64,000 nt of DNA from Microthyrium microscopicum (lineage: Eukaryota). The notes under the pieces were generated by a model. It did no database searches and was not told where the DNA came from. It was given only the letters and a program-made list of their open reading frames with translations. The stretch covers positions 1,800,566 to 1,864,565 of the forward strand of contig MU004233.1 of the NCBI GenBank assembly GCA_010405405.1, read 5' to 3'. The position numbers were made by a program, and so were the translations under genes. Each line of letters opens with the position of its first letter. The first letter of the stretch is position 1. Positions 27,301 to 40,244 of the stretch are shown piece by piece.

Positions 27301-30300
27301 AGCTTAAAGAAAAGACTTAGTCTAAGGATTTAACTATAAAAGAGTAAGTATTTAATAAAGAACCTATTCTTACTAAAGAATAAATCTAAGGTATAGTCTA
27401 AGATATAATTAAGCGCCTATAAAAGCCTATAGAGCTAGAGCTTATAGTAATCTAAATCTCTTTAGTATCTATTATTAATAGCTTCTATTTAAGAGATGTT
27501 TTAAAGATACTTATAGTTAGTAATTAGTAGACTACTAAAAGTATAGCTTATTTACTAAAAGTAAAATATTATATATAAATTAACGTATTAATTAATATAG
27601 AAAGTAGATTATTAAGTATTATATATTTAAATTTTATTAAATAATATAATATTCTTATAATAAGTCTATCTACTCCTTAAGTAATATAACTTGCTAATAG
27701 TAAAGCTATTACTAAGATAGATAAAACTATTATAGTAAATATTTGCCTTAGTAAGTATATTAAGTAAATCTACTATTTTATTATAGACGTTACTAGTTAT
27801 AATATTATCCTTAGAAAATTATAAGTAAATCTTTATAAAGTTACTCTAAAAGAAGGTTAAAAAGAAATTTACTTTAATTCCGCTTATTACTTAGTAAATT
27901 ACCTACTTTATAGTTACTTAATATTAGTAAATTATAAAGGCTATTTCTATAACCTTACTAACCTTTTAATTAGATAGAAAAGACGTTACTATAGTTAGTA
28001 TAATAGCTTTTATAAAAATACTAGAATAAGAATAGGAATTTAGTAAAGTATAAGTAGACGATTTAGATAAAAATAAAGATAAAGCGCCTCTAAATCCCTC
28101 TATATTAAAGATACTAAAAGAAAATATTGCGATTAACCTTTTTAAAATATCTCTAAAAAAATATAAAAAGTAGCGTAAAAAGTATAATTAGCCTCTATTA
28201 AGTCGTAAGAAGATCTTAAAGAAACTACTAAAAGAATTCTATTGCTATATTAATATTTTTAACCTAAAGCTAAGTAATAATTTAGTACTATACTATAGTT
28301 AATAGAACTACTCTATTAATATTATTCCTAACGCTATTATCTCTAAATAAAGATATAATACCTTTTTATATTAAGAATTACTACTTATTAAATAGTATAT
28401 TATTTAAATACTTAGTTGTAATTAAGTTTAAGTTAGTAAATCCTACTTTACTACCCTAATATTATATATATATAAATCTAAAGGTAGTATTTATGTCTAT
28501 ATTAATTACTAAGGCCTAAATAAAACTACCTAGAAGAATTATAATCTTTCTTTATAATTACTAGAAACCTTAGCTAGAATATACTATATAAAATAATTTT
28601 TAAAGTTTAATATTATTACTACTTTTACTTATATTTAAATTAAACTAAGAGATAAATATTAGACTACGTTCCTTACTTATTATAGTCTTTATAAATTTAA
28701 AGTTATACTATTTAGCCTTACTAAAGCTCTAGGTACCTTTTTAAGTATATCTAAATTATATTCTTATAGAATACTTTAATAACTTCGTTATAAGCTATAT
28801 AGATAACCTACTAGTCTTTACTAAAAGCTAAGATTAGTATACTATATATATTTATCTTCTCTTAAAAGCTATAGGTAAAGCTAGCCTCTACCTTAATATT
28901 AATAAGTATAATTTCTTTATTAAATAAATTAAGTATCTTAGCTTTATTATTACTATAATTAGTATTAAAATATATCTAAATAAGGTTAAAAGCGTTACTA
29001 AATAAACTTAACCTTTATTAATTAAAGATATATAAGTGTTCTTAGGCTTTGCTAATTTCTACTACTATTTTATACGTAGTTACTCTTAAATAGCTACTCC
29101 TCTTACTACTCTTACTAAAAAAGACGTAATAGCTATCTTTCTATAAAACCTAAACAGACTAGAGAAACGTACCTTTAAGAAGCTTAAGAAAGATTTTACT
29201 ATTACGCTAATTCTTTACTACTTAAACTATACTAAAGAGACGTAGCTAGAAATAGATATCTTTAATTAAGTATATATCACAATACTCTCCTAAAAGGATA
29301 AAGAAGGTAAATTATAGCTTATTACGTTTCTATTTAAAAAGATAAGCCTTACTAAGTATAACTACGATATTTATAATAAAGAGCTTTTAGTAATTATCTA
29401 CGCCTTTAAGGAAGAAGAGCTAGAGCTATTTTTTATAATTTATATAATTAAAGTATTCTTAGACTACTAGAACCTATAAACCTTTATAATAACTAAAAAA
29501 CTAGCCTACTAATAGGTAAAATAGGCTAAGTTCCTATTTTAATTCTATTTCTAAGTTTTGTATCGCCCTAGCCTATATAATAGTAAAGCTAACGTACTTA
29601 TTTACTAAGTATAAAATCTACCTTAGAACGATAATAACCTATAATTTTCTTAATAAGTTTAACTATTATTATTTTCTTACTAATTTAATACCCTATACGT
29701 TATTAAATTAGCTCTATTATTAATTAAACTAGTTTTACTATTAATTATATATTTAGTAACTTTTGCTTAAAATAAGTTAGATATATTAACCTTTATAAAG
29801 GAGTTAATAGATCCTACGAAGAACTTAACTAGTAACGGAAGACTATCTAGAGAAAAGTTAATAGAACCTTTAGAAGATAATAAATTCCTAGATTTTAATA
29901 GTAATTAGTTTATATAAAATATAATTTAAGAGTCTACTAGTAATAAAGCTATAGAAACTATCTAATAAACTAAAGTAAACTACTAAACGTATCTACTCTT
30001 TAATATATCTAAATAAAAAAGTATTAAGTTAGGTAACTACGTAGTTACTATAAACTATATAATTCTATATTATAACTATATCTTTATTTCTCGTAATAAA
30101 CTCTATTAATAGGCTCTATTCTTTACTTACAATTATAAAGTTATAAGCTACGAAAGAGTAGCTATAATCTATTATTATCTATAAGAAACCTATTAGTAGT
30201 ATAAAATATTATAAGATATAAAAATATATATAAAGAGCTATAAATACGTTTTTATTAAACTAGTATAATTAAAGAAGTAAAGATTCTTAAGAAATTTCTT

Positions 30301-31758
30301 TTTACTAGAAAATGCTTAGTTAAATTTCTTTATTAACTTTACCGTTTTGTTACTATACTACTACTACTAAGAAGTAATCTATTACTACGTTATAGTTATT
30401 ATAGATTATTATATAAGAATATACTACTTTATTTCTTTACTAAATCTCTTTATAGAATCTATAGTTTTAGTATTTATTAACTATATCTAGAAATTAGTAG
30501 GTTAGCCTAAAAGTATTCTTTTAAATCGTAATAGGTAATTTACTTTAGCTTTTTAGAAGCGTTTATATAAACTAGTTAGTACTATTCTTTACCTTAGTAT
30601 AGCCTTTTATTTAGAAATAGATAATATTATAGAAATCTCTATTGCTACTTTAAAGTAGTATTTATAAGCTTTTANNNNNNNNNNNNNNNNNNNNNNNNNN
30701 NNNNNNNNNNNNNNNNNNNNNNNNNNNNNNNNNNNNNNNNNNNNNNNNNNNNNNNNNNNNNNNNNNNNNNNNNNNNNNNNNNNNNNNNNNNNNNNNNNNN
30801 NNNNNNNNNNNNNNNNNNNNNNNNNNNNNNNNNNNNNNNNNNNNNNNNNNNNNNNNNNNNNNNNNNNNNNNNNNNNNNNNNNNNNNNNNNNNNNNNNNNN
30901 NNNNNNNNNNNNNNNNNNNNNNNNNNNNNNNNNNNNNNNNNNNNNNNNNNNNNNNNNNNNNNNNNNNNNNNNNNNNNNNNNNNNNNNNNNNNNNNNNNNN
31001 NNNNNNNNNNNNNNNNNNNNNNNNNNNNNNNNNNNNNNNNNNNNNNNNNNNNNNNNNNNNNNNNNNNNNNNNNNNNNNNNNNNNNNNNNNNNNNNNNNNN
31101 NNNNNNNNNNNNNNNNNNNNNNNNNNNNNNNNNNNNNNNNNNNNNNNNNNNNNNNNNNNNNNNNNNNNNNNNNNNNNNNNNNNNNNNNNNNNNNNNNNNN
31201 NNNNNNNNNNNNNNNNNNNNNNNNNNNNNNNNNNNNNNNNNNNNNNNNNNNNNNNNNNNNNNNNNNNNNNNNNNNNNNNNNNNNNNNNNNNNNNNNNNNN
31301 NNNNNNNNNNNNNNNNNNNNNNNNNNNNNNNNNNNNNNNNNNNNNNNNNNNNNNNNNNNNNNNNNNNNNNNNNNNNNNNNNNNNNNNNNNNNNNNNNNNN
31401 NNNNNNNNNNNNNNNNNNNNNNNNCTATAGAAGACAATAATATTATATACAACTCTAATAGTATCCCTACTAACTAGTACTAAAAGGTTTACTCTCTTTA
31501 TATTATTAATACTCTTATTTAGTATAGATACGTTAGCCTTTAGACTACTAGGGCTTAAGAACTAGAGTATTCTAGAAATATATTAAGGTTTATTAATACC
31601 TATTAATAGTTACTTTAGTAAGCTAAAAATTAAAATACTTTAAACGTCTAATTATTAGTATTATATTATAGAAAGATTTATTAGACTAGACTAGAATAGA
31701 CTAGAAGAGTAATAATAAGCTAAGATAGCCTAGGAAGCTATTTTAAAAAGAGGAGTTC

Positions 31759-31974
31759 TATAATAATTCCTTATAGTACTAAGTATTAAGAAAGATCTTA
31801 TTATAATATTACGCGCTAGACCTAGAAAGGTTAATACGTCCAAGATTCTACTAAGTAAACTTACTTTCTTTATAAATCTATAATAATTCTAGATCTTCTT
31901 CCTCTTTTCCTTATATATAGATTCTTAAATACTAGCTAATTATTTACTCGCTCTAAGCCCTACTACTTATTATA
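31759..31974 (+). repeat. 3' LTR of Gypsy element
   Basis: Direct repeat of 24,121-24,339, preceded by a polypurine tract and followed by the TSD taaaa. Confidence 0.9.
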
Positions 31975-32952
31975 TAAAATTACTATTATTAAAGTTTATT
32001 TAATTTACTTGTTTTATAGGCTTTATTTATAGTAAAAGCTTTACTATTTTATACTTTTTCTAAACCTTATTTTTACTTAGTAGACTAATATTAATAGTTC
32101 TATAATATAAGGATTATAGAAGGCACGAGAGCCTATAGAGTATAATAGTATTAATAATACTAAAGCAAAAAATCTAAAACTAGAATAAGTAAGCAAAATA
32201 TTATATTAAAAAGATCCGCGCACAGGCCATACTATATAACTATAACGTTATTACTAGGAAGGCTAGCTAAGGTCTAGAAGCAAGCCTATAAGGATTCCTT
32301 ATATATAATAATATTCTATTTAGATATTAAAGTCTAAAACGCTATATTATTTTAATATTAAGTAGTAATAGTATTAGTATTTATTAAAATTAGCTTTTAG
32401 TTAATAGTAGAGATTTAGTTTAAATTTTAAATTATAAATTTTTATAGGTAGTATAAAGAGTAGTAAATACTATATTTTTAACTTTAAGATATCCTAGTTA
32501 TAAAAAAGGTNNNNNNNNNNCTAAATTATAAATAGTTTTATACCTATAAATAGTTAAGTATATATACTATAGCTATTATAAAATACTAGGTATAGCTAAT
32601 TTAAAAATAGCTTTATATTTATAAATATTAAAGTATATATAATATAGCTATAAAGAGATACTAGAGCTAAATTATAAATAGTTTTATACTTAGATATAGT
32701 AGAGTATATATACTATAGTAAGAGTAATATATATTTAGGAGTAAGTAAGCTTAAAGTATAACTTAATTTTATACGCTATAAGGCTATATATATAGCTAGT
32801 ATGTTAGTATCTAATAAATTATTTAATTAGTTAAAAATAAAGTTAATCTAAAATCTATTTAATTTATTATAAAGTATATAAGGTTTAAAGTTAGTCTATA
32901 TAAGTTATATACTAAGTTAAATGTTTTTATAATAGAATAATAATAAGTTAGT

Positions 32953-35900
32953 TGTTAGTAAATTATAAAAGCTATTCCTATAACCTTACTAATTCTTTAC
33001 TAAATAAGAAAAACGTTACTATAGTTAGTATAGTAGCTTTTATAAAAATACTAGAATAAAGATAAGAATTTAGTAAAATATAGCTAAATAATTTAAATAA
33101 AGATAAAAATAAAACGCTACTAAATCTCTCTATACTAGAGATACTAAAAAAGAATATTATAATTAATTTTTTTAAAATATCTTTAAAAAATTATAAAAAG
33201 TAGTATAAAAAGTATAATTAGCCTTTATTAAGTTATAAAAAGATTTTAAAGAAACTACTAAAGAAATTTTATTACTATTTTAATATCTTTAATTTAAAGC
33301 TAAGTAATAATTTAGTAGTATACTATAATAAATAGAACTACTCTATTAATATTATTCTTAATACTATTATTTCTAAATAAAAATATAATACTCTCTTTAA
33401 ATATTAAGAATTACTAGTTATTAAGTAGTATATTAATTAAATACTTAGCTATAATTAAGTTTAGACTAGTAAATCCTATTTTACTATTTTAATATTATAT
33501 ATATATAAACTTAAAAATAGTATTTATATCTATATTAATTACTAAAGTCTAAATAAAATTACTTAAAAGAGCTATAATATCTCTCTATAATTACTAGAAA
33601 CTTTAGCTAGAATATACTATATAAAATTCTTCTTAAAATTTAATATTATTACTATTTTTACTTATATTTAAATTAAATTAAAAAATAAATATAAGACTAT
33701 ATTCTTTACTTATTATAGTCTCTATAAATTTAAAGTTATACTATTTAGTCTTACTAGAGTTCTAGGTACCTTTTAAGTGTACTTAAATTATATTTTTATA
33801 GAATACTTTAATAACTTTATTACTAGCTATATAGATAACTTTCTAGTTTTTAATAAGTTAAGATTAGTATACTATATATATTTACTTTATTCTAAAAGTT
33901 ATAAGTAAAGTAGATCTTTACTTTAATATTAATAAGTATAATTTCTTTACTAAATAAATTAAATACCTTAAACTTATTATTACTACTATTAGTATTAAAA
34001 TAAATCTAGATAAAGTTAAAAGTATTACTAAATACGTTTAATTTTTATTAATTAAGAATATATAAGCGTTTCTAGGCTTTACTAATTTCTATTACTATTT
34101 TATTTATAGCTACTTCTAAACTATTACTTTTCTTACTACTTTTACTAAAAAAAAATATAATAGTAATCTTTTTATAGAATCTAAATAGACTTAAGAACTA
34201 TATATTTAAAAAGCTAAAAAAGAACTTTATTACTATATTTATTCTTTACTACTTTAACTATATTAAAAAAATATAACTAGAATAAATATTTCTAATTAAA
34301 TATATACTATAATACTTTTCTAAAAAAATAAAGAAAGTAAGTTATAGCCTATTATATTTCTATTAAAAAAGATAAGTCTTACTAAGTATAATTATAATAT
34401 TTATAATAAAGAGTTATTAGTAATTATTTATATTTTTAAAGAATAAAAACTAGAGTTATTATCTATAGTAGATATAGTTAAAGTATTCTTAAACTATTAG
34501 AATCTATAAACCTTTATAATAACTAAAAAGTTATTTTACTAATAAGTAAAATAGACTAAATTTTTATTTTAATTCTACTTCTAAGTTTAGTATTACTCTA
34601 GTTTATTTTATAGTAAAGCTAATATACTTACTTACTAATTATAAAATCTACTTTAGGATAAGAATAACTTATAAGTCTTTTAATAAGTCTAACTACTATT
34701 ATTTCTTTACTAATTTAATACTTTTTATACTATTAAGTTAGCTTTACTATAAGTTAAACTAATAATACTATTAATTATATACTTAGCTACTATTATTTAA
34801 AATAAGTTAAATATTTTAATCTCTATAAAGAAGTTAATAGATCCTATAAAGAAATTAGCTAGTAATAAAAAACTACTTAAAAGGAAGTTAATAAAACTTC
34901 TAAGAAATAATAAATTTTTAGATTTTAATAGTAATTAGTTTATATAGAATATAGTTTAAGAGTTTACTAGTAATAAAACTATAAAAGTAATCTAATAAAC
35001 TAAAGTAAACTACTAAATATATTTACTTTTTAATATACTTAAGTAAAAAAGTATTAAATTAGATAACTATATAGTTAGTATAAATAATATAATTCTATAT
35101 TATAACTATATTTTTATTTTCTATAATAAACTATATTACTAAGCTCTATTCTTTACTTATAGCTATAAAGTTATAAGCTATAAAGAAGTAGCTATAACTT
35201 ATTATTACTTATAAGAAACCTATTAGTAGTCTAGAATATTATAAAATATAAAGATATATATAAAGAGTTATAAATATATTTTTACTAAACTAGTATAATA
35301 AAAGAAGTAAAATTTTTTAAAAAGCTTCTTTTTACTAAAATATACTTAGTTAAATATTTCTATTAACTTTACTATTTTATTACTATATTACTACTACTAG
35401 AAAGTAATCTACTACTACGTTATAGTTATTATAAATTATTATATAAGAATATATTACTTTATTCTACTACTAAACTTTTTTATAGAATTTATAATTTTAG
35501 TATTTATTAATTATATTTAGAAATTAGTAAATTAGTCTAAAAGTATTCTTTTAAATTATAATAGTTAATTTACCTTAGCCTTTTAGAAACGTTTATATAA
35601 GTAAATAAGTACTATTCTCTACTTTAGTATAGTTTTCTACTTAGAAATAAATAGTATTACTAAGATTTTTATAGCTACTTTAAAGTAGTATTTATAAGCC
35701 TTTATTAATTAGAATTAAGATAACTAAGTAGTTTTACTACCTTTTATAGAATTTATAGTTAACTTAGTAGTTAATATAATAACTAGAATTATACTCTTTT
35801 AAGCTTAGAATAGCTTTAACTTCTAATTAGGCTTTAAAGCTACTTATACTATTCTCTACTTATTTTACGCTTTAGCTACTACTAATAAAGAAGAAGCTAA

Positions 35901-37085
35901 TACTAATACTATATAGTAAGGCTATATAGATATATATAAATACTTTATAAAGTAACTTACTTAGACTTAAGTATAGTAAGCTAAGTATACTAACTATTAC
36001 TATTAAGTTATACTAGATTTATAGCTAAGTAATTAGGTATAATTAAATATCTATAATTACTTTACTTTTTACTTTTTTAAAATACTTAATAGTAAGAGCT
36101 TAAGCTTTTTCTATATTATTAAAAAGATTAATATTATTATATATAAGCTAAATCTACTTTTTTTAATAAAAATATATAATATCTTCTATATTTAAGTTCT
36201 TTACTATATTATAAATAATACTAAACTTTTAAAATATTTAAATTCTTTTTTTATAATTACTAGTAAAATTAAAGAAACTATAGAATAGTAAATAAATATA
36301 ATTATTAATAGCTATTATAAGCTCTAGACTAAAAAGAAGACATTATAGTATATAATTAAATTTAAAAGCTATAATATAATAAAATAGTATAATTAGTATA
36401 ATACTAAAAATACTTTGAATCTAATTATAGAGTTCTATACTTATTATTCTAATAAACTAGGCTCTTACTTTTTCTAGATCTTACTATAGCTAGAGCTTAC
36501 TAAAGATAATAATATTATATATAATTCTAATAGTATTCCTACTAATTAGTACTAAAAAGTTTACTTTCTTTATATTACTAATACTTCTATTTAGTATAGA
36601 TATACTAGCCTTTAGACTACTAGGACTTAAGAACTAGAGTATTCTAAAGATATTTTAAGGTTTATTAATACTTCTTAATAGTTACTTTAGTAACCTAAAG
36701 ATTAAAATACTCTAAATATTTAATTATTAGTATTATATTATAAAAAGAATTTATTAAACTAAACTAGATTAGACTAGACTAGACTAGACTAGACTAGACT
36801 AAAATAGACTAGAAGAGTAATAGTAAGCTAAGATAGCCTAAAGAGCTATCTTAAAAGAAAAAGTTATATAATAATTCTTTATAGTACTAAGTATTAAGAA
36901 AGATTTTTATATTATAAAATTACGTACTAGACTTAGAAGAGTTAGTACGTTTAAGGTTATACTAAGTAGACTTACTTTCTTTATAGATTTATAATAGTTC
37001 TAAATCTTCTTTCTCTCTTTTTTATATATAGATTCTTAAATACTAGCTAATTATTTATTTACTCTAAGTTCTACTACTTATTATA
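32953..37085 (+). mobile_element. Second, 5'-truncated copy of the same Gypsy family (RT-RH-INT-chromodomain-3' LTR)
   Basis: Collinear with ~27,922-31,974 from ttagtaaattataaa onward. Chromodomain relic ~36,280-36,400 (E**INIIINSY…L*YIIKFKSY, cf. EWEVExIxDxR…xxYLVKWxGY). (agact)n run at ~36,770-36,810. 3' LTR at 36,867-37,085. Confidence 0.9.
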
Positions 37086-37639
37086 GTACTATTTTATACT
37101 AATTTAAAAGTACTATACTTACTAAGCTATAGTGTTCTAGATACTATAATTTATTACTATATTATTTAGTTTAATCTTTATCTTAACTAATTATAGCTAG
37201 ATTTTAAGCTTACTAAACTAAAACTAATTATTTAATTTAATTACTAAGAACTATAAAAGAATTAGCTTTAGTATACTAAGTTTACTATACTTTAGTAATA
37301 TTATAGCTTTATTTATATATAGCTTTATATACTATATAGCTAGTTTTTAATTATATAATTTTTAATATTAGTTTATTATTATTAGTAAGACTTTAATAAG
37401 AATAATTTTATAACTATATATAGTAGTTATATAATATAAAAATTTATACTTTTTATAATATATTAAAAAGAGCTATAGTTTATCCTTTATATCTACTAAA
37501 AAGAAAAGAATAACTTTCTTTAAAAAGAAGTAAATATAACTTTAAAAGTAAGTAATAATTACTTTTTTAGAGTAGTAAAAAAGATAAGAATTAAACTTAT
37601 ACTTTATAGATTCTTAAATAAGTAGAGCCTACTATAAGA

Positions 37640-38470
37640 TTATAAGTACTACTACTATACTACTTTTCTAATTTAGTAATTCTTAATATATAGTTATAAG
37701 TATTTTACTTTTAAATTATTTTACTTAAATATAATATTAAATAGTATCTAGTATATATAATTTAGTAATTCTTAATATATAGTTTTAAGTATTTTACTTT
37801 AAAATTATTCTACTTAAATAATTTATAAATAATTAAGTAGCTACTATATATACTTTAGTAATTCTTACTATATAGTCTTAAGTATTTTATTTAAATATAG
37901 TATTAAATAGTATTTAGTATATATAATTTAGTAATTCTTAATATATAGTTATAAATATTTTACTTCTAAATTATTTTATTTAAATATAATATTAAATATT
38001 ATTTAGTATATATATTTTAATAATTCTTAATATATAGTTCTAAGTATTTTACTTTAAAATTATTCTACTTAAATAATTTATAAATAATTAAGTAGCTAGT
38101 ATATATACTTTAGTAATTCTTACTATATAGTAATAAGTATTTTATATAAAATATATTCTACTTAAATATAATATTAAATAGTATTTAGTATATATATTCT
38201 AGTAATCTTTAATATATAGTTCTAAGTATATTATTTTAAAACTAATCTACTTAAATATAATATTAAATAGTATTTAGTATATATATTCTAATAATTCTTA
38301 ATATATAGTAATAGAAATTTTATTTTAAAATTATTTTATTTAAATAAGTTATAAAGAATTAAGTAGCTAGTATATATACTTTAGTAATTTCTACTAAGTA
38401 TTTTATCTAGATATTCTTTTATTTAAATATAGTATTAAATAGTATTTAGTATATATAATTTAGTTATTTA
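37640..38470. repeat. ~90-bp degenerate tandem array (~9 copies)
   Basis: Motif tagtaattctta[a/c]tatatagt recurs at ~37,675, 37,764, 37,856, 37,930, 38,020, 38,111, 38,200, 38,290 and 38,381. Confidence 0.85.
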
Positions 38471-39101
38471 TTTATTTTATAAAATAATTATAATAAGTAT
38501 TTTAATAATTAATAATTTATTTTAAAAATACTTTATTTTTACTTTATATAATTTTATAGTTATAAAAATACTAATTTCTTATAGTTTTAATATTATAGTA
38601 AGTATCTTTATAGTAAAAGGATTTACTAGCTTTAGTATACTAAATATATATATTATTAAAGTTTAATTTAAAAAAAAACTATACTTTTATTTAATATAAT
38701 ATTTATAAATTTAACTATAATTATAAATAGTATTAAAAGCTTTCTACTAAGTAGAATAAATAATACTAATAGAAAAAAGATTAGAAATATAAAAAATATT
38801 AAATTAGTTTATTTTAGTTAGTTTTTAGTTAAGTAATTATAAAAGAATAGTAGTTATAATAGTAATAGTAATAGTTAAAAAAGTAAAGTTAGAAGTATAG
38901 CTTAGTAGTAATTTATATTTTATTTTTTAAAATATTACTAGATTAGGTTAGACTAAGGCTACTTAAAGTTAGATTAATATAGTAATAGTAAATAATCTAT
39001 TAGGTAACAGCAGCTAAGGCTACCTAAGATCTCGCTGGGGCCACTTTAGGATTAGCTAAGGCTACTTAACAACACCCTTGCGCAAGTTCCTTGCGACTTA
39101 G

Positions 39102-39719
39102 ATGCCGTTCCTTCAAAAGCTCCAAGGCGAGCTCCAAGCCTAGATCAAACTGAACAGCGAGCAGCAAGAGATCATTACCGCGTTAGTGTTCCGAGATCTG
39201 ATCGAACATCTACCCCCCAATCTACAAGAAAAAGACAAGCGCCACGGGTAGATGGCTGGCGTTCTGGGAAGATGCCGTGAGAAACGGTATGAAAATCCGA
39301 CAGATCATCCTCTCATGGACCTCGTGAACGAGAAAGTCTTCCCTAAACTCTAGGCACCATTGCGAGATGCCACTACGGGACTATTCGTCACTAGGGGTGC
39401 CGATGCACTGCCTTTCACCAGAGATTCCAGAGATTCCAGAGGGGCAATGGATGAGACTAGAGAAAAAGCACAGATGTACAGATGGGGCAAAGAACTGTTT
39501 GGCGTCCTGAGCAAGAACATACACGCATTCGAAGCAAAGGGCATGAAGGGATACCAGGTCGGAAGTGATCACTGGGGCAAAGGGTTCAGAGACATTCTCA
39601 AGCGCCTCAAACCGGTCGAGTATAAGGTCAATGGCGACACCAGTGTTGTGAACTGGGCGCGAGAGCGAGCGCGATATGTATCCTCGGCGGACTTGGGTGA
39701 CTGCGTCTTCTTGCGCTAG
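39102..39719 (+). pseudogene. Pseudogene of a hypothetical protein at the AT/GC border
   Basis: ATG at 39,102 is in frame with ORF 39360-39719: MPFLQKLQGELQA*IKLNSEQQEIITALVFRDLIEHLP…YENPTDHPLMDLVNEKVFPKL*APLRDATTG…. The TAG stops are compatible with CAG->TAG. A short shifted segment (SATGRWLAFWEDAV) suggests compensating frameshifts. Confidence 0.6.
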
Positions 39720-40244
39720 CCTTATTCGTCCTTAGCGTCTCGAGAATGACCCCTTTTCCCAACTTCCCAAGAGTGCATTACCTACTTTGTTTGACAACGT
39801 CTAAGTTACCAGAGCTGTTGTTACAAGTAAATGCCTTTTTACACTTTGGCAAAACTGCCAAGTACTGAAACATATCAAGCATTGGAGAGGCCTCTCAATG
39901 CATGTGCTTGAATCTCCGATTGGTTTGTAGGGTAGAACTACCTGAAGCGATTGACCGGTCAGTCTCTTGCACAGCCTTGCACGAATTTCACCAAGCTTAT
40001 ACAAGTGTTGGTGTGAAGCCAAGCCAATCATATATCAGGTTTGCTAGCCGGTCAAATATCTTTGCACAAAGAAGTGGGGCAAGACTGCATTCATCAGGCT
40101 GGAGCTCGGTCAAGATGTCTGTCACTCAAATATGCTAGTTCAATTTCCCTTCAAGAGTGAGGGTTTGAGCGGCTTCATGAGCTGTCGCGAAGTATTTTAG
40201 TCCCTAACATCGAGATTTTTCCAATATACCTAGGTACAAACACA

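Larger units (their letters stand above)
24121..31974 (+). mobile_element. Full-length RIP-degraded Ty3/Gypsy LTR retrotransposon with 5-bp TSD (TAAAA)
   Basis: Paired ~217-bp LTRs (24,121-24,339 and 31,759-31,974, TG…CA ends mutated to TA…TA). taaaa lies at 24,116-24,120 and 31,975-31,979. A purine tract (aaaaagaggag) precedes the 3' LTR. RT relic ~28,440-28,820 (KSKGSIYVYINY*GLN, cf. KPxGGxRxCVDYRGLN; SYIDNLLV, cf. YIDDLL). RNase H ~29,350 (KYNYDIYNKELL). Integrase relic ~30,300-30,670. Confidence 0.92.
1..39050. other. AT-rich, RIP-degraded block (repeat/heterochromatin-like compartment)
   Basis: Strong TpA excess and CpA/TpG depletion by eye (abundant TAG/CTA/TATA/TAA). Almost no intact ORFs. 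Reading frames are broken by TAA/TAG/TGA explainable as C->T or G->A changes. Abrupt switch to balanced GC near 39,020-39,080. Confidence 0.95.

Noticed and set aside
30607..31452. 281-aa ORF in the track
   Set aside because: Artefact of translating through an N gap.
36760..36812. (agact)n run as telomere-like repeat
   Set aside because: Pentanucleotide microsatellite in the Gypsy 3' UTR, also present in shorter form at ~31,682; not TTAGGG.
1..39050. Starship captain (DUF3435 tyrosine recombinase) or DDE transposase
   Set aside because: No recognisable motifs in the frames I translated; it could lie outside the window or be too degraded to see.
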